Translations under genes and position numbers: made by a program
Notes under the pieces: model-generated
What the model was told of the DNA's origin: nothing
The model's input: the letters and a program-made list of their open reading frames with translations, nothing else
Database searches by the model: none
Shown here: piece after piece, positions 23,672 to 33,173 of the stretch
Layout: every line of letters starts with the position of its first letter
How positions within the stretch are numbered: the stretch's first letter is position 1
NCBI GenBank assembly: GCA_963722075.1
Contig: CAVRJM010000001.1
Coordinates: 768,001 to 832,000 of the forward strand
Source of the DNA: Candidatus Babeliales bacterium
GTDB taxonomy: Bacteria; Babelota; Babeliae; Babelales; JANWKD01
DNA: 64,000 nucleotides
Direction: 5' to 3'

Positions 23672-25657
23672 TTATTCATGCTCCTTTTCCTTCTCCTTTT
23701 CTTTTACTGGTGGTATTTCCTCTGGGATTTCTGCTATCGCTTGCCTACTTTTTTTTCTCTGTAGGCGCTCGCGCCCGCTTGCACCCAAAGACTTTTGCTC
23801 GCCAAGCGGTATTATACGCTTGCGCTTTGAAGGGCGCTTTGCCTGCAATTCTTCTTGAGGAATAGTAAACCCGATAACTCCATGCTCTTCGTTTCTTTCA
23901 AAAAAATAATTCAGTAATGCCAGCGGAATTTGCTGAAAATATTCATATTCCAGATCTGAACGTAAGATAGGTTTATTTTTTGCATCATCTTTAATAGCAC
24001 ACCATAATAACAATAGTGATGGTAAAGGTAATTGTTTAAATACGTTACGCGAATATAGCTCAAATTCAACAACGGTTAAGTAATACCCCTGTCCTTGCCG
24101 TAACGTTATATAAGAAATATGTTTATTGTCTGGAAGTATATATAATGCCGAAATACTAACATCATTAGTTTGAATTTCCTGCAACAACTTACCGCTTTTT
24201 AGATCCCACACCTGTATAGATCGAGGCTTTCCTATCAATTTACTTTTATATTCTTCTGTAATACCCAAATAAAATGATGAAATTAGATACTTATTATCTT
24301 TACTAAAGAAAATTGTTGGTTTGATTAAATAAGGATCCTCATTTGTATAAAAATGTTCAGCTAGAAATCGGTACATTTTTCTTCCGCTAGTAACATCAAA
24401 TATATAAATACTTTTATTAAAATCGACCACTGCAAGTAATGATCCTTCTGAAGAAAATTGCATTAATTCAATTGCTGCTTCAGTCTCATAACCAAACAGT
24501 TCATCATGGTTTTTAATTGTAATCCTATTATGAATATATCTAGCAACTACATCTTCATCTACGGGGCTAACTGCCCCTTTAAACCCCTTTAAAGGGATTG
24601 TTTTTTCAATTATTAGATTGCCTTTTAAAAGATTTTCTATAGTAATTAAGTGAAATCCATCTTTATCTGAAATATATATTTTTTGCCCATATGCAGTTGC
24701 ATAAATCCCATCCGGATTATTCCATCGCACGTGCTGTGGCGGTTCATCAAAATTATTGGTATTAAAAAGCACGATCTCATTAAATAAAAGTATTAGTAAT
24801 AACCGTTTTGATTCAATAAAAAGCGGTTTTTCCAAGCGATAATCAATAATAGACTTTACGTAAGATAATTGCTGCTGCTCAAATTTAAATAAATCAACAA
24901 CACGTCCATTCATTAATGTTAAAAAAACACTATTATCAATATACGCGCAACTTATTTTAGAAAGGTAATATGAACCTGACGCATTTTCTAACCGAAATGA
25001 CACCATGCGCCCTGGTCGCCGCCTTTGAAGATCATGCGTAATCTTAATAAACTGATCTTCATGATGCCATAATTCTTTAGTAACTAACTTACCTAATATA
25101 CTTTTTATATCTGCTGATTTTATTCTATCAATAAAAGCTAATAATTCTGCCTTTTTACCATATGCAACCATATCCTTAATATAATTAAATAAAAGCGGTG
25201 CAATGCTGGTAATAAGCTCCTTATTGCCAAAAAAGTCTGCAGTATTGGCCATATCAAGAATATCATCAATAGGCGCATTGCCTAAAAGCTGTACCACTGC
25301 ATTTTTTAAACTAGAGCCCTGTTTGATTAGTTTGAATATCACTTTCAAATATAAAAGGGACACTTGCGGTACATCATCAACAAATAAAGGGATAGTAGGA
25401 ATTTCTTCAATGCTATCCTCAATAATATCGCGCAAAACCGGGCTACTGTGCTCAATAAAGTTGCGTGGAACAACAATACTTAATAAAAAAACATCTTGAT
25501 CGCCATCTCTTTTAAACAGTTCTAATATTACTTCCTGTTCATTAGTGGGTAATTCTTGAAACTTTTCTTCTACGGGCGGTTCCATTGCTTGTAATACCGT
25601 AATAAAAAAGCACAATAACCACTTTTTATTTTTCATACTATTAATAAAAAACTCCAT
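23672..25657 (-). CDS. Exported Skp1/BTB-like + WD40 beta-propeller protein, paralog 1
   Basis: Signal + AME; SPVLRDIIED..IPL..ANTADFFG; FSSEGSLLAV and IQVWDLKSG; basic/acidic tail. Confidence 0.75.
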   Translation of the reverse strand: MEFFINSMKNKKWLLCFFITVLQAMEPPVEEKFQELPTNEQEVILELFKRDGDQDVFLLSIVVPRNFIEHSSPVLRDIIEDSIEEIPTIPLFVDDVPQVSLLYLKVIFKLIKQGSSLKNAVVQLLGNAPIDDILDMANTADFFGNKELITSIAPLLFNYIKDMVAYGKKAELLAFIDRIKSADIKSILGKLVTKELWHHEDQFIKITHDLQRRRPGRMVSFRLENASGSYYLSKISCAYIDNSVFLTLMNGRVVDLFKFEQQQLSYVKSIIDYRLEKPLFIESKRLLLILLFNEIVLFNTNNFDEPPQHVRWNNPDGIYATAYGQKIYISDKDGFHLITIENLLKGNLIIEKTIPLKGFKGAVSPVDEDVVARYIHNRITIKNHDELFGYETEAAIELMQFSSEGSLLAVVDFNKSIYIFDVTSGRKMYRFLAEHFYTNEDPYLIKPTIFFSKDNKYLISSFYLGITEEYKSKLIGKPRSIQVWDLKSGKLLQEIQTNDVSISALYILPDNKHISYITLRQGQGYYLTVVEFELYSRNVFKQLPLPSLLLLWCAIKDDAKNKPILRSDLEYEYFQQIPLALLNYFFERNEEHGVIGFTIPQEELQAKRPSKRKRIIPLGEQKSLGASGRERLQRKKSRQAIAEIPEEIPPVKEKEKEKEHE

Positions 25658-25725
25658 ACATTCCCTCCTATTCTCTTTCTTCTCGCTCTTTTTCTTTCTC
25701 TTTTGCTGGTGGCATCTCTTCTTCT
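25580..25725. repeat. Direct repeat copy 1, spanning the junction between WD40 paralogs
   Basis: Highly similar to 27585..27730, e.g. AAAAAGCACAATAACCACTTTTTATTTTT and CTTCTCGCTCTTTTTCTTTCTCTTTTG. Confidence 0.75.
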
Positions 25726-27674
25726 GGAACTTCTTCTTCCTCTTCTTCTCTTTCTCTTTCCTTTACCTTTTCTCTTCTTTTTGGTTTTTTTTCAGGTCTA
25801 CCAGAAGGTATTTCTCGTTCCAGTTGCATAGTCTTCCGTTTCCATTTCTGTATAAGAGCTTTTGCTTCTATCGGATTAGGTGATTTAAATCCTATAACTC
25901 CCCGCTCCTCATTTTTTTTAAAAAAATAATTCAATAATTCAGGGGGGAGACGTTCAAAATCTTCAAGATAATCAGGAAAAATATTCACCGGAAGCTTTTT
26001 TTCATCTGATTTAATGGCAAACCATAATAACATTAACGATATGAATGGTATCTTTTTAAATGTTTTACGTGAATATACCTCAAATGGGACTCCCTTAATA
26101 GCATAATAACCCTGTGGATGCCGTGTTACATATGCCATATAGTTACTATTAGGGGAAATAGATAAGGAGTAAATCCTTTTATCTTCAGTTTTAATTTCTT
26201 GGATAAGTGTCTCATTTTCCAAATCCCATATTTCTATAGAGCTATTTGGTATTTCGTCAAGTATATTTAAATTATTAACATCTAAAGAAAATGCTGAAAT
26301 TAGGTAGTTATTATCAGCGCTAAAACAAATGGATCTTAAATTAGTACTACTTATAAACCAAGGCAATCTTAAATTTAGCATGTCGTTTTTGCCAACAAAT
26401 TGTGCAACGATTTCTTCTCGTTTAATATCAAAAATATAAATATTATTATTTGAATTAACCACTGCTAATTTTGTCCCATCAGGAGAAAATCGTATTATTT
26501 CCACAGATCCTTCAATAGGATAACTAAATTGATGTCTATTATCAGGTGCAAAATTTTCAACAATAATATTTCCTTGTTTATAGTAGGCAATTACATCTTC
26601 ATCCACGGGACTTACATCCACTTTGGGCATTCTTAATGGTATTATTTTTTCTGCCGTATCGTTTCCTTCTATAAGATCTTTCACCCTCATTAAATGCAAG
26701 CCTTGGGAATCTGCTATATATATTTTTTTTCCAAATGCAGTTGAATAAAGAGCAGAAACACCACCCCATATGATCTTTTTTCTTAGTGAAAAATCGGTTC
26801 CATCAAAAACGCATATATATATAATAAAATTACTTCTTATGATGATTGCATTTTCTGATTCAATAAAAAGAACTTGCGAAACTTCCTGAGCAATTTTCAT
26901 AGCAAAATTTTGAACTAATTGCGGTCTGGCTTCTTTAAATTGATAAATCTTCATATCTTTAACTGATTTTATAGCTAAAAATAGCGAATTATTAAGATAT
27001 CCAAAATAAGAACTCATTACGTTAGGAATATTATAAGTTGCTATATTTGATACGCCCTGCAGCGCACTCCGCATAATACCAATAAAATGAGTTTCATGAG
27101 TCCACAATTCCTTAGTAACCAATTTGCTTAATTTTTTTTTTACTATTTCCCCTCTTATATTTCTAATGAGTTTGAAGAGCGTACCCCATTGATTGCGAGC
27201 CACCAAATCTTTAATACTGGCATATAATAATAACGTTATTTTATTAATAAGTGATCTATTGCCTAAATAATCTGCAGTGTTAGCCATATCCACGATAACG
27301 TCAGGAGCTGCTTTACCTAGTTTACTCATTACCGCATCTTCTAAAGAGATTCCTTGATTCATTAACGTAAAAACTTTATCAAGATATTGCATTGAAGCCA
27401 AAGAAACATTATTGGTGGATAATGGAATAGATGTTTCACCCAAATCTATATACCCTTTTAAAATATCTGATGAATGCTCAATAAAATCTAAGGGCACCGC
27501 AACGGTCAATATCAACGATTGATTACCGCTCGAATCATCATATAATTCCATTTTCATCTGGCTTGGTAATACCTTTTTAGGAGGCTCCATTGCCTGTAAT
27601 GTACATATGAAAAAGCACAATAACCACTTTTTATTTTTTATACTATTAATAAGAAGCTCCATATATTCCCTCAT
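25668..27674 (-). CDS. Exported Skp1/BTB-like + WD40 protein, paralog 2
   Basis: Signal + AME; ANTADYLG; FSPDGTKLAV and IEIWDL; KEKEKEREERE tail. Confidence 0.75.
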   Translation of the reverse strand: MREYMELLINSIKNKKWLLCFFICTLQAMEPPKKVLPSQMKMELYDDSSGNQSLILTVAVPLDFIEHSSDILKGYIDLGETSIPLSTNNVSLASMQYLDKVFTLMNQGISLEDAVMSKLGKAAPDVIVDMANTADYLGNRSLINKITLLLYASIKDLVARNQWGTLFKLIRNIRGEIVKKKLSKLVTKELWTHETHFIGIMRSALQGVSNIATYNIPNVMSSYFGYLNNSLFLAIKSVKDMKIYQFKEARPQLVQNFAMKIAQEVSQVLFIESENAIIIRSNFIIYICVFDGTDFSLRKKIIWGGVSALYSTAFGKKIYIADSQGLHLMRVKDLIEGNDTAEKIIPLRMPKVDVSPVDEDVIAYYKQGNIIVENFAPDNRHQFSYPIEGSVEIIRFSPDGTKLAVVNSNNNIYIFDIKREEIVAQFVGKNDMLNLRLPWFISSTNLRSICFSADNNYLISAFSLDVNNLNILDEIPNSSIEIWDLENETLIQEIKTEDKRIYSLSISPNSNYMAYVTRHPQGYYAIKGVPFEVYSRKTFKKIPFISLMLLWFAIKSDEKKLPVNIFPDYLEDFERLPPELLNYFFKKNEERGVIGFKSPNPIEAKALIQKWKRKTMQLEREIPSGRPEKKPKRREKVKEREREEEEEEVPEEEMPPAKEKEKEREERE

Positions 27675-27730
27675 TCCCTTTCTTCTCGCTCTTTTTCTTT
27701 CTCTTTTGTTTTTGGCATCTCTTCTTCTTC
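27585..27730. repeat. Direct repeat copy 2, spanning the junction between WD40 paralogs
   Basis: Highly similar to 25580..25725. Confidence 0.75.
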
Positions 27731-29722
27731 TTCCTCTTCTTCTTCTATTTTCTTTCGTTTTTTTACAGGTTCAGTAATAATTTTTGTTTTTTCTGGTTGC
27801 CATTCTCTTTTTTGACTGATACCAGTTCTTGAAGATTCCCCTTCTAGCGAGGCGAGCATTTTGAATCCTTCAACTCCTCGTTGCTTATTTCTATTATAAA
27901 AATATTTCTGCAATTCATCTGGCAAAAAATAAAAATAATGTAACTGTTCTTCACTCAAATATAGCGGCATATTTCTTGCATCTGTTTTAATGGCAAATAC
28001 CAATAACAATATTGATTTAAGATGCAATTTCCTAAATTTATTACGCCAATTTAGCCATGGTACAGATTGAATATGAAGTTCAAGAAATGAAGTGAGATTT
28101 TCTGCATTAGTTACATATGCGATTTTTTCATCACCAGGGAAAATAGTTAGACCAAAAATATTAGATCTCTTAGTATCAATTTTTTTTACAAAACTACCTT
28201 GTATTAAATCCCATATTTCAATAAAACGGCTTTGATCTTTTGGCGCTTTCTTCTGATTAGGATCTATCAACGCTGAAACAAGATAATTTTCCTTTTTTGT
28301 AAAAGAAACCGCTGCCTGCTTTGGAGCTATTTGAGTAATATTTTCTTCATATTCGCTTTCAAGAGCAAAAGTATCATATATCTTTCCTGTAAAATTATTG
28401 ATAGTAGTCATGTTTTTTCTATTATCAACTGATACCAATAATTCACCCTTAGGAGAAAACTGCAATTCGGTTACTTGGGAAGGCGATTCAATAGTAAACA
28501 TTTCTTCACGATTAATAAGATATATGATATTACTGTCTGTTTTACGAACATTGGCTATGTTATTTTCATACACCGGATTCACTGCAACTTTTGCATTTTT
28601 AGAAATTTCAATTCTACTTTCAATCATTCGACCTTCTAAAAAATCTTTAACTGCAATAAAATGAAGCCCTTTGCCATCCAATATTGCCACCTTTTCACCC
28701 TGCATCGCGGAGAAAACCCCTTCGATTTCAGAATACCATTGTATTTCATGTAGTAATTTCAATTTTTCTTGTGGTGGATAACTTTCTTTTTTTTTATAAG
28801 GAGCTAACATCATTTGTGAACGATCACCTTCAATTGCATACACTCTAATAATGTTTATATGAAAAACCATTATTAGATTTTCTTTCTCAATAAAAGCAAC
28901 ACCAATTTTACTTGATATCTTATCAGATACTGATGAAGGAATTTTCGTCGTAATCAAAGTAGGATTTTTATTTTCATTCACCTTCAATAATTCCAATAAG
29001 TCATCTTGATACACGCCAACCAACAGAGTATCTTTAGCATGTACAAAAGTTATTAATAGATTACTTGATGAAAATTGTGAAGGAATCGTTATTATAAACG
29101 GTTTTTCCCAACTAGAAAGGGGCAGAGCGCCTAAAATAATATTTAAATGAACTTCATCTTTCCAAATTTTTTTAATGACTAATTTAGCCACTTTTTTAGA
29201 AAACGATTCCACTTTTCTAATCATAGCACTTACTATTGGAAAGTAATTATTTTCAGCAGCTTTATGATAAAGAATATCAACAAATAAAGAAATAGCATCA
29301 TTGCTCAATTCTCTATTTTTTATATAATCACCGGCAATTGCCATATTTAAAACCGGGGTGGGATTATTATACGATTGTTCAGTATTTAATATTTCATGAA
29401 AAGCAGTAAAAAAAGGCTTCCCTTGGTCTTGCAAATTAAAAATTTCATTAAGAGACCCTAATGTTTCTGGCGTAATATATTTGGTATATAGGCGAGCAGT
29501 CTCCCCTTCAATTAATGATGGATTTTTAATAAAACCCAGTGGCGCTCTAATTGTTTTTTCAGGCTGTTTATCAGAAGCATTTTGAAATAGCTCCCAAGTC
29601 ATCTGCCTAGAAAATTCACTACCCATTTCATTTGATGAAGGTTTGGAACCTCCTTGATCTGGATGTTCCATTGCTGGTAATGAGTATATCAAAAACAATA
29701 TTATATATGGTATGTATTTCAT
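27671..29722 (-). CDS. Exported Skp1/BTB-like + WD40 protein, paralog 3
   Basis: Signal + AME; AIAGDYI; FSPKGELLV and IEIWDL; PVKKRKK and KEKEKEREERE tail. Confidence 0.72.
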   Translation of the reverse strand: MKYIPYIILFLIYSLPAMEHPDQGGSKPSSNEMGSEFSRQMTWELFQNASDKQPEKTIRAPLGFIKNPSLIEGETARLYTKYITPETLGSLNEIFNLQDQGKPFFTAFHEILNTEQSYNNPTPVLNMAIAGDYIKNRELSNDAISLFVDILYHKAAENNYFPIVSAMIRKVESFSKKVAKLVIKKIWKDEVHLNIILGALPLSSWEKPFIITIPSQFSSSNLLITFVHAKDTLLVGVYQDDLLELLKVNENKNPTLITTKIPSSVSDKISSKIGVAFIEKENLIMVFHINIIRVYAIEGDRSQMMLAPYKKKESYPPQEKLKLLHEIQWYSEIEGVFSAMQGEKVAILDGKGLHFIAVKDFLEGRMIESRIEISKNAKVAVNPVYENNIANVRKTDSNIIYLINREEMFTIESPSQVTELQFSPKGELLVSVDNRKNMTTINNFTGKIYDTFALESEYEENITQIAPKQAAVSFTKKENYLVSALIDPNQKKAPKDQSRFIEIWDLIQGSFVKKIDTKRSNIFGLTIFPGDEKIAYVTNAENLTSFLELHIQSVPWLNWRNKFRKLHLKSILLLVFAIKTDARNMPLYLSEEQLHYFYFLPDELQKYFYNRNKQRGVEGFKMLASLEGESSRTGISQKREWQPEKTKIITEPVKKRKKIEEEEEEEEEMPKTKEKEKEREERE

Positions 29723-29832
29723 TAAGTCCCTTCTGAATTATTCTCGTTTTTCTCCCCTTGAGCGCAAACTTAGTCAATCAGCTTAAAATATGCTATAATG
29801 AACATGATACTATTTATAAGAAAGATTACACA

Positions 29833-30924
29833 ATGCTTGTAGATGATTTAAAAGAAAAATTGAAATCTGCTGAACCCGATTTATCTATTATTCGAGAATA
29901 TTGGGCTAACGCTGGTTATGAACCATTATATGAGCAACTAACTCAAACAAGCAATCAAGAGAATTTTTGGCAACACCCTCAGCAAACAGAAATTTTAAAA
30001 CAATTACAGCAAATCAAAGTCCAACGAGATCAATACAAGTATGTCACCCAAACTCATACTGATATATACCAACTTATTGAGCTTTTTAGCCAAGACGAAC
30101 AAGAACTCCAAAAAATAAGCCCAGAAGTATATGATTTATGCCGTGCCATTAAGAAGTTTAAAATAGATTTATTAATGCAAGACCCTCAAGATAATTCAAA
30201 TTGCTTTTTAACCATAAATTCAGGCGCTGGTGGCACCGAATCACAAGATTGGGCAGAATTCTTATTACGGATGTATGTACGCTTTTGTGAACGTGAACGA
30301 CTCAATGCGCAAGTACTTGATTATCAAACTGGTGAAGGAGCCGGCATTAAATCTGCTACTATTTTTGTAAAAGGACGCAACGCTTACGGGCTTCTTAAAG
30401 GCGAACAAGGGGTTCATCGCTTAGTACGCATATCCCCTTTTGATGCTGCAAAACGGCGCCATACTTCTTTTGCTGCGGTTGCACTGACGCCCGAAGTTCC
30501 AGATGTTTCTATCACTATTGATCCTAATGATTTACGTATTGATACCTACCGGGCCGGCGGAGCAGGCGGACAGCATGTTAATAAAACGGAATCTGCAGTT
30601 CGAATTACTCACCTACCAAGCGGTATTGTAGTGCAATGCCAAAACGAACGCTCGCAACTGCAAAATAAAGAAACTTGCATGAAGATGCTTATGGCAAAAT
30701 TAGTACAAAAACAAAAAGAGGAAGAACTGGCTAAAGCAACTTCTGTTCAAAAGCAAAAAATTGAATGGGGTTCTCAAATTAGATCATATGTGCTACATCC
30801 TTATAAAATGGTAAAGGATCACCGCACTGATGTGGAATCTCCACAACCTGATTTAGTACTCGATGGCGAATTAATGCCTTTTATAGAGGCATACTTAATT
30901 CAACAAGGCGCCAAAGAACAGTAA
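29833..30924 (+). CDS. prfB: Peptide chain release factor 2 (no internal frameshift)
   Basis: GAGGTESQDW, RISPFD (SPF) and GAGGQHVN (GGQ); likely ATG at 29833. Confidence 0.95.
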   Translation: MLVDDLKEKLKSAEPDLSIIREYWANAGYEPLYEQLTQTSNQENFWQHPQQTEILKQLQQIKVQRDQYKYVTQTHTDIYQLIELFSQDEQELQKISPEVYDLCRAIKKFKIDLLMQDPQDNSNCFLTINSGAGGTESQDWAEFLLRMYVRFCERERLNAQVLDYQTGEGAGIKSATIFVKGRNAYGLLKGEQGVHRLVRISPFDAAKRRHTSFAAVALTPEVPDVSITIDPNDLRIDTYRAGGAGGQHVNKTESAVRITHLPSGIVVQCQNERSQLQNKETCMKMLMAKLVQKQKEEELAKATSVQKQKIEWGSQIRSYVLHPYKMVKDHRTDVESPQPDLVLDGELMPFIEAYLIQQGAKEQ

Positions 30925-30925
30925 T

Positions 30926-32974
30926 TCATTCTTTTTCTTCAGTCTCTTTTTCTTTTCTTTTTGATCTCTTTGGTTCAGCTTTTTTTGGTGGCGCTGGCTG
31001 TTTTCTTTTTGAAACTACAGGTGCTCCTACCAGCAAGCTTTTCACATTCCTTACACCACTTTTTTTCTTAAAATATCCTTGTAATTCTTTGGGTAATGCA
31101 AAGAAATAAGGCTCTAGGGTACGATCAAAACGGATTGGTTTATTTTGCGCATCAGTAGCTAAACAAAACCACAGCAACATAATTGAGCGTAATGTCAATT
31201 GACGCAAATTTTGTGCTAACCCAATGACTGAAAATTGCTGAACAATGAGTTGAGACCGCAAACCGTGCCCCGCATAGTGAGGAGGCAGTTGAATAATATA
31301 TGCAATATTTTTATTATCAGAAGAAACGCTTAATCCTTGAATACCATTAATATACGTTTTAGCAGTAGGATTAACATTTATGGTAGTAAGTAAATTTCCC
31401 GATGCTACCTCCCAAATTTTTATTTCTCGACTTTTCGCCACTTTTTTTGAATTAAGTATATCTCCATCAGAAAAACCTGATATAAGCCATTTATTATCAG
31501 AAGAAAAGCACAGTAATGCTTGAATAGAACTAAGAATACCCACACCTAATTCTGCTAATCGCGCACAGTTCTCTATATCCCCATTTAAGGTGCATAATTC
31601 TTTACCCAGTACCATATCCCATACTTTTATAATACCATTATTTGCTACTGATGCCAGTTTGGTCCCATCAGGTGAAAATTGTAAAGCGATAATTTTAGAA
31701 TTATAATTACCAATAGGAGTTATTGTGTGTTTACCAAGTTTAGTTCGTACATTTTTATCTATGTCGTACAACATAATATCACTGTTGTCTATACCATCTG
31801 TATATGCCACTACATTATTGGAAGGTGAAATAACAAAATGTTCTCCGCGCATGCTAAAATTGCGAATTACAAAAAAAGGTTTTTCTGCTTTTATATTAAT
31901 AAATACTAAATCAGGAGGCATGCTAATCAAAAGTAATTTCCCATCAGATGAGCATATAAATTGTTCAACAACCTTTTCTAAATGTAAGCCAGTTTTTAAA
32001 TCGACTCCTTTGGGTTCCGGCAACGTTAAGCCTACCGGAGTAGTTATTAATTCCTGTAAATTATAGAATTTGAAAGTATTATGGTACCAATCTCCACTAA
32101 CTTTATCTATTGCTGCCAATATAGAATTACCTAAAGCAATAAATCCAATATTAGGACTTTTTCTTTTAATAATCTCTATAATCTTATTTTCTTCTAAGGT
32201 AAAGAGTTGTAACGTTTTATCAAATTCAGTTACTATATGCGACAACGTGGCACATCGCCAATTTGTTGAAGCATTAAAAACTACATTTTTCAAATCTAAT
32301 ATTATTGTCGAAGTTTTCTTCACTTTCAATGAAGGATAAATAGCTCTTAAATAGGAAGATTCCAAACATAGGTAATCTACTAACAAATTAACTAGGGGAA
32401 CTACAATTCCGGGCTTATCTTGAACCTGAATGAATAGAGTATTCATTTTTTCCCACTCATTATTCTGCGCCAATTGTATAAGCCGTTCCTTAAAAGCAGT
32501 TATTAAGCTTTCTAGCCATTCCTTATTATCCAGGTAATCAAGTCCAAATAAAACATTAGCAATATGCTCTAATGGTGCTTGGTTAACATATGCCGATAGT
32601 AATAATGTAAAATCCGCTCCCAGTGCCATTTTTTGATATATTTGTTTTATAATACTGATTGTTTCTTTAGGAACATTATCGGTGTAAAGCGTAATAGTAG
32701 AAATACCTTCAGCGCCTTCTTCAAGCCCATAAAATGTTGAAAATCCTTGTAATATCGGAGACGCCTTTATAAAAGACCACGGTACTATCACTTCATCGAC
32801 CAATATTTCATTATCATCTTCACCAACTTCCTTTAATTGAAGTAACGCTTTTTTTGATTCTTCTTCATAAAGTGAAGTCGGTCCCGGTTCTATTGGTAAC
32901 TGTTCAGTTTCTTTTTGCTCCATTCCTCTCAATGTGGAAGTCAGCAGTAATAATATTACGATAAATCGCTTCAT
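30926..32974 (-). CDS. Exported Skp1/BTB-like + WD40 protein, paralog 4
   Basis: Signal + GME; SPILQG..GLDYLDN; FSPDGTKLASVANNGIIKVWD; basic tail. Confidence 0.78.
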   Translation of the reverse strand: MKRFIVILLLLTSTLRGMEQKETEQLPIEPGPTSLYEEESKKALLQLKEVGEDDNEILVDEVIVPWSFIKASPILQGFSTFYGLEEGAEGISTITLYTDNVPKETISIIKQIYQKMALGADFTLLLSAYVNQAPLEHIANVLFGLDYLDNKEWLESLITAFKERLIQLAQNNEWEKMNTLFIQVQDKPGIVVPLVNLLVDYLCLESSYLRAIYPSLKVKKTSTIILDLKNVVFNASTNWRCATLSHIVTEFDKTLQLFTLEENKIIEIIKRKSPNIGFIALGNSILAAIDKVSGDWYHNTFKFYNLQELITTPVGLTLPEPKGVDLKTGLHLEKVVEQFICSSDGKLLLISMPPDLVFINIKAEKPFFVIRNFSMRGEHFVISPSNNVVAYTDGIDNSDIMLYDIDKNVRTKLGKHTITPIGNYNSKIIALQFSPDGTKLASVANNGIIKVWDMVLGKELCTLNGDIENCARLAELGVGILSSIQALLCFSSDNKWLISGFSDGDILNSKKVAKSREIKIWEVASGNLLTTINVNPTAKTYINGIQGLSVSSDNKNIAYIIQLPPHYAGHGLRSQLIVQQFSVIGLAQNLRQLTLRSIMLLWFCLATDAQNKPIRFDRTLEPYFFALPKELQGYFKKKSGVRNVKSLLVGAPVVSKRKQPAPPKKAEPKRSKRKEKETEEKE

Positions 32975-33173
32975 CTTTTTCCTTAATCAAAAAGGGTGCC
33001 ACTCATTTTAACGCATAGAATACTGTATCACCTTTATAAAAATCAACGCTTATTAATGGTACCATTTGCATAGATTTACTTATCTATTATTATAAAAATG
33101 TTAGTATAGGATGATAATTTATTTTATTAATTATTCCTAATTGGATAATTAAGCATGATTAGTAAAGGAATGT

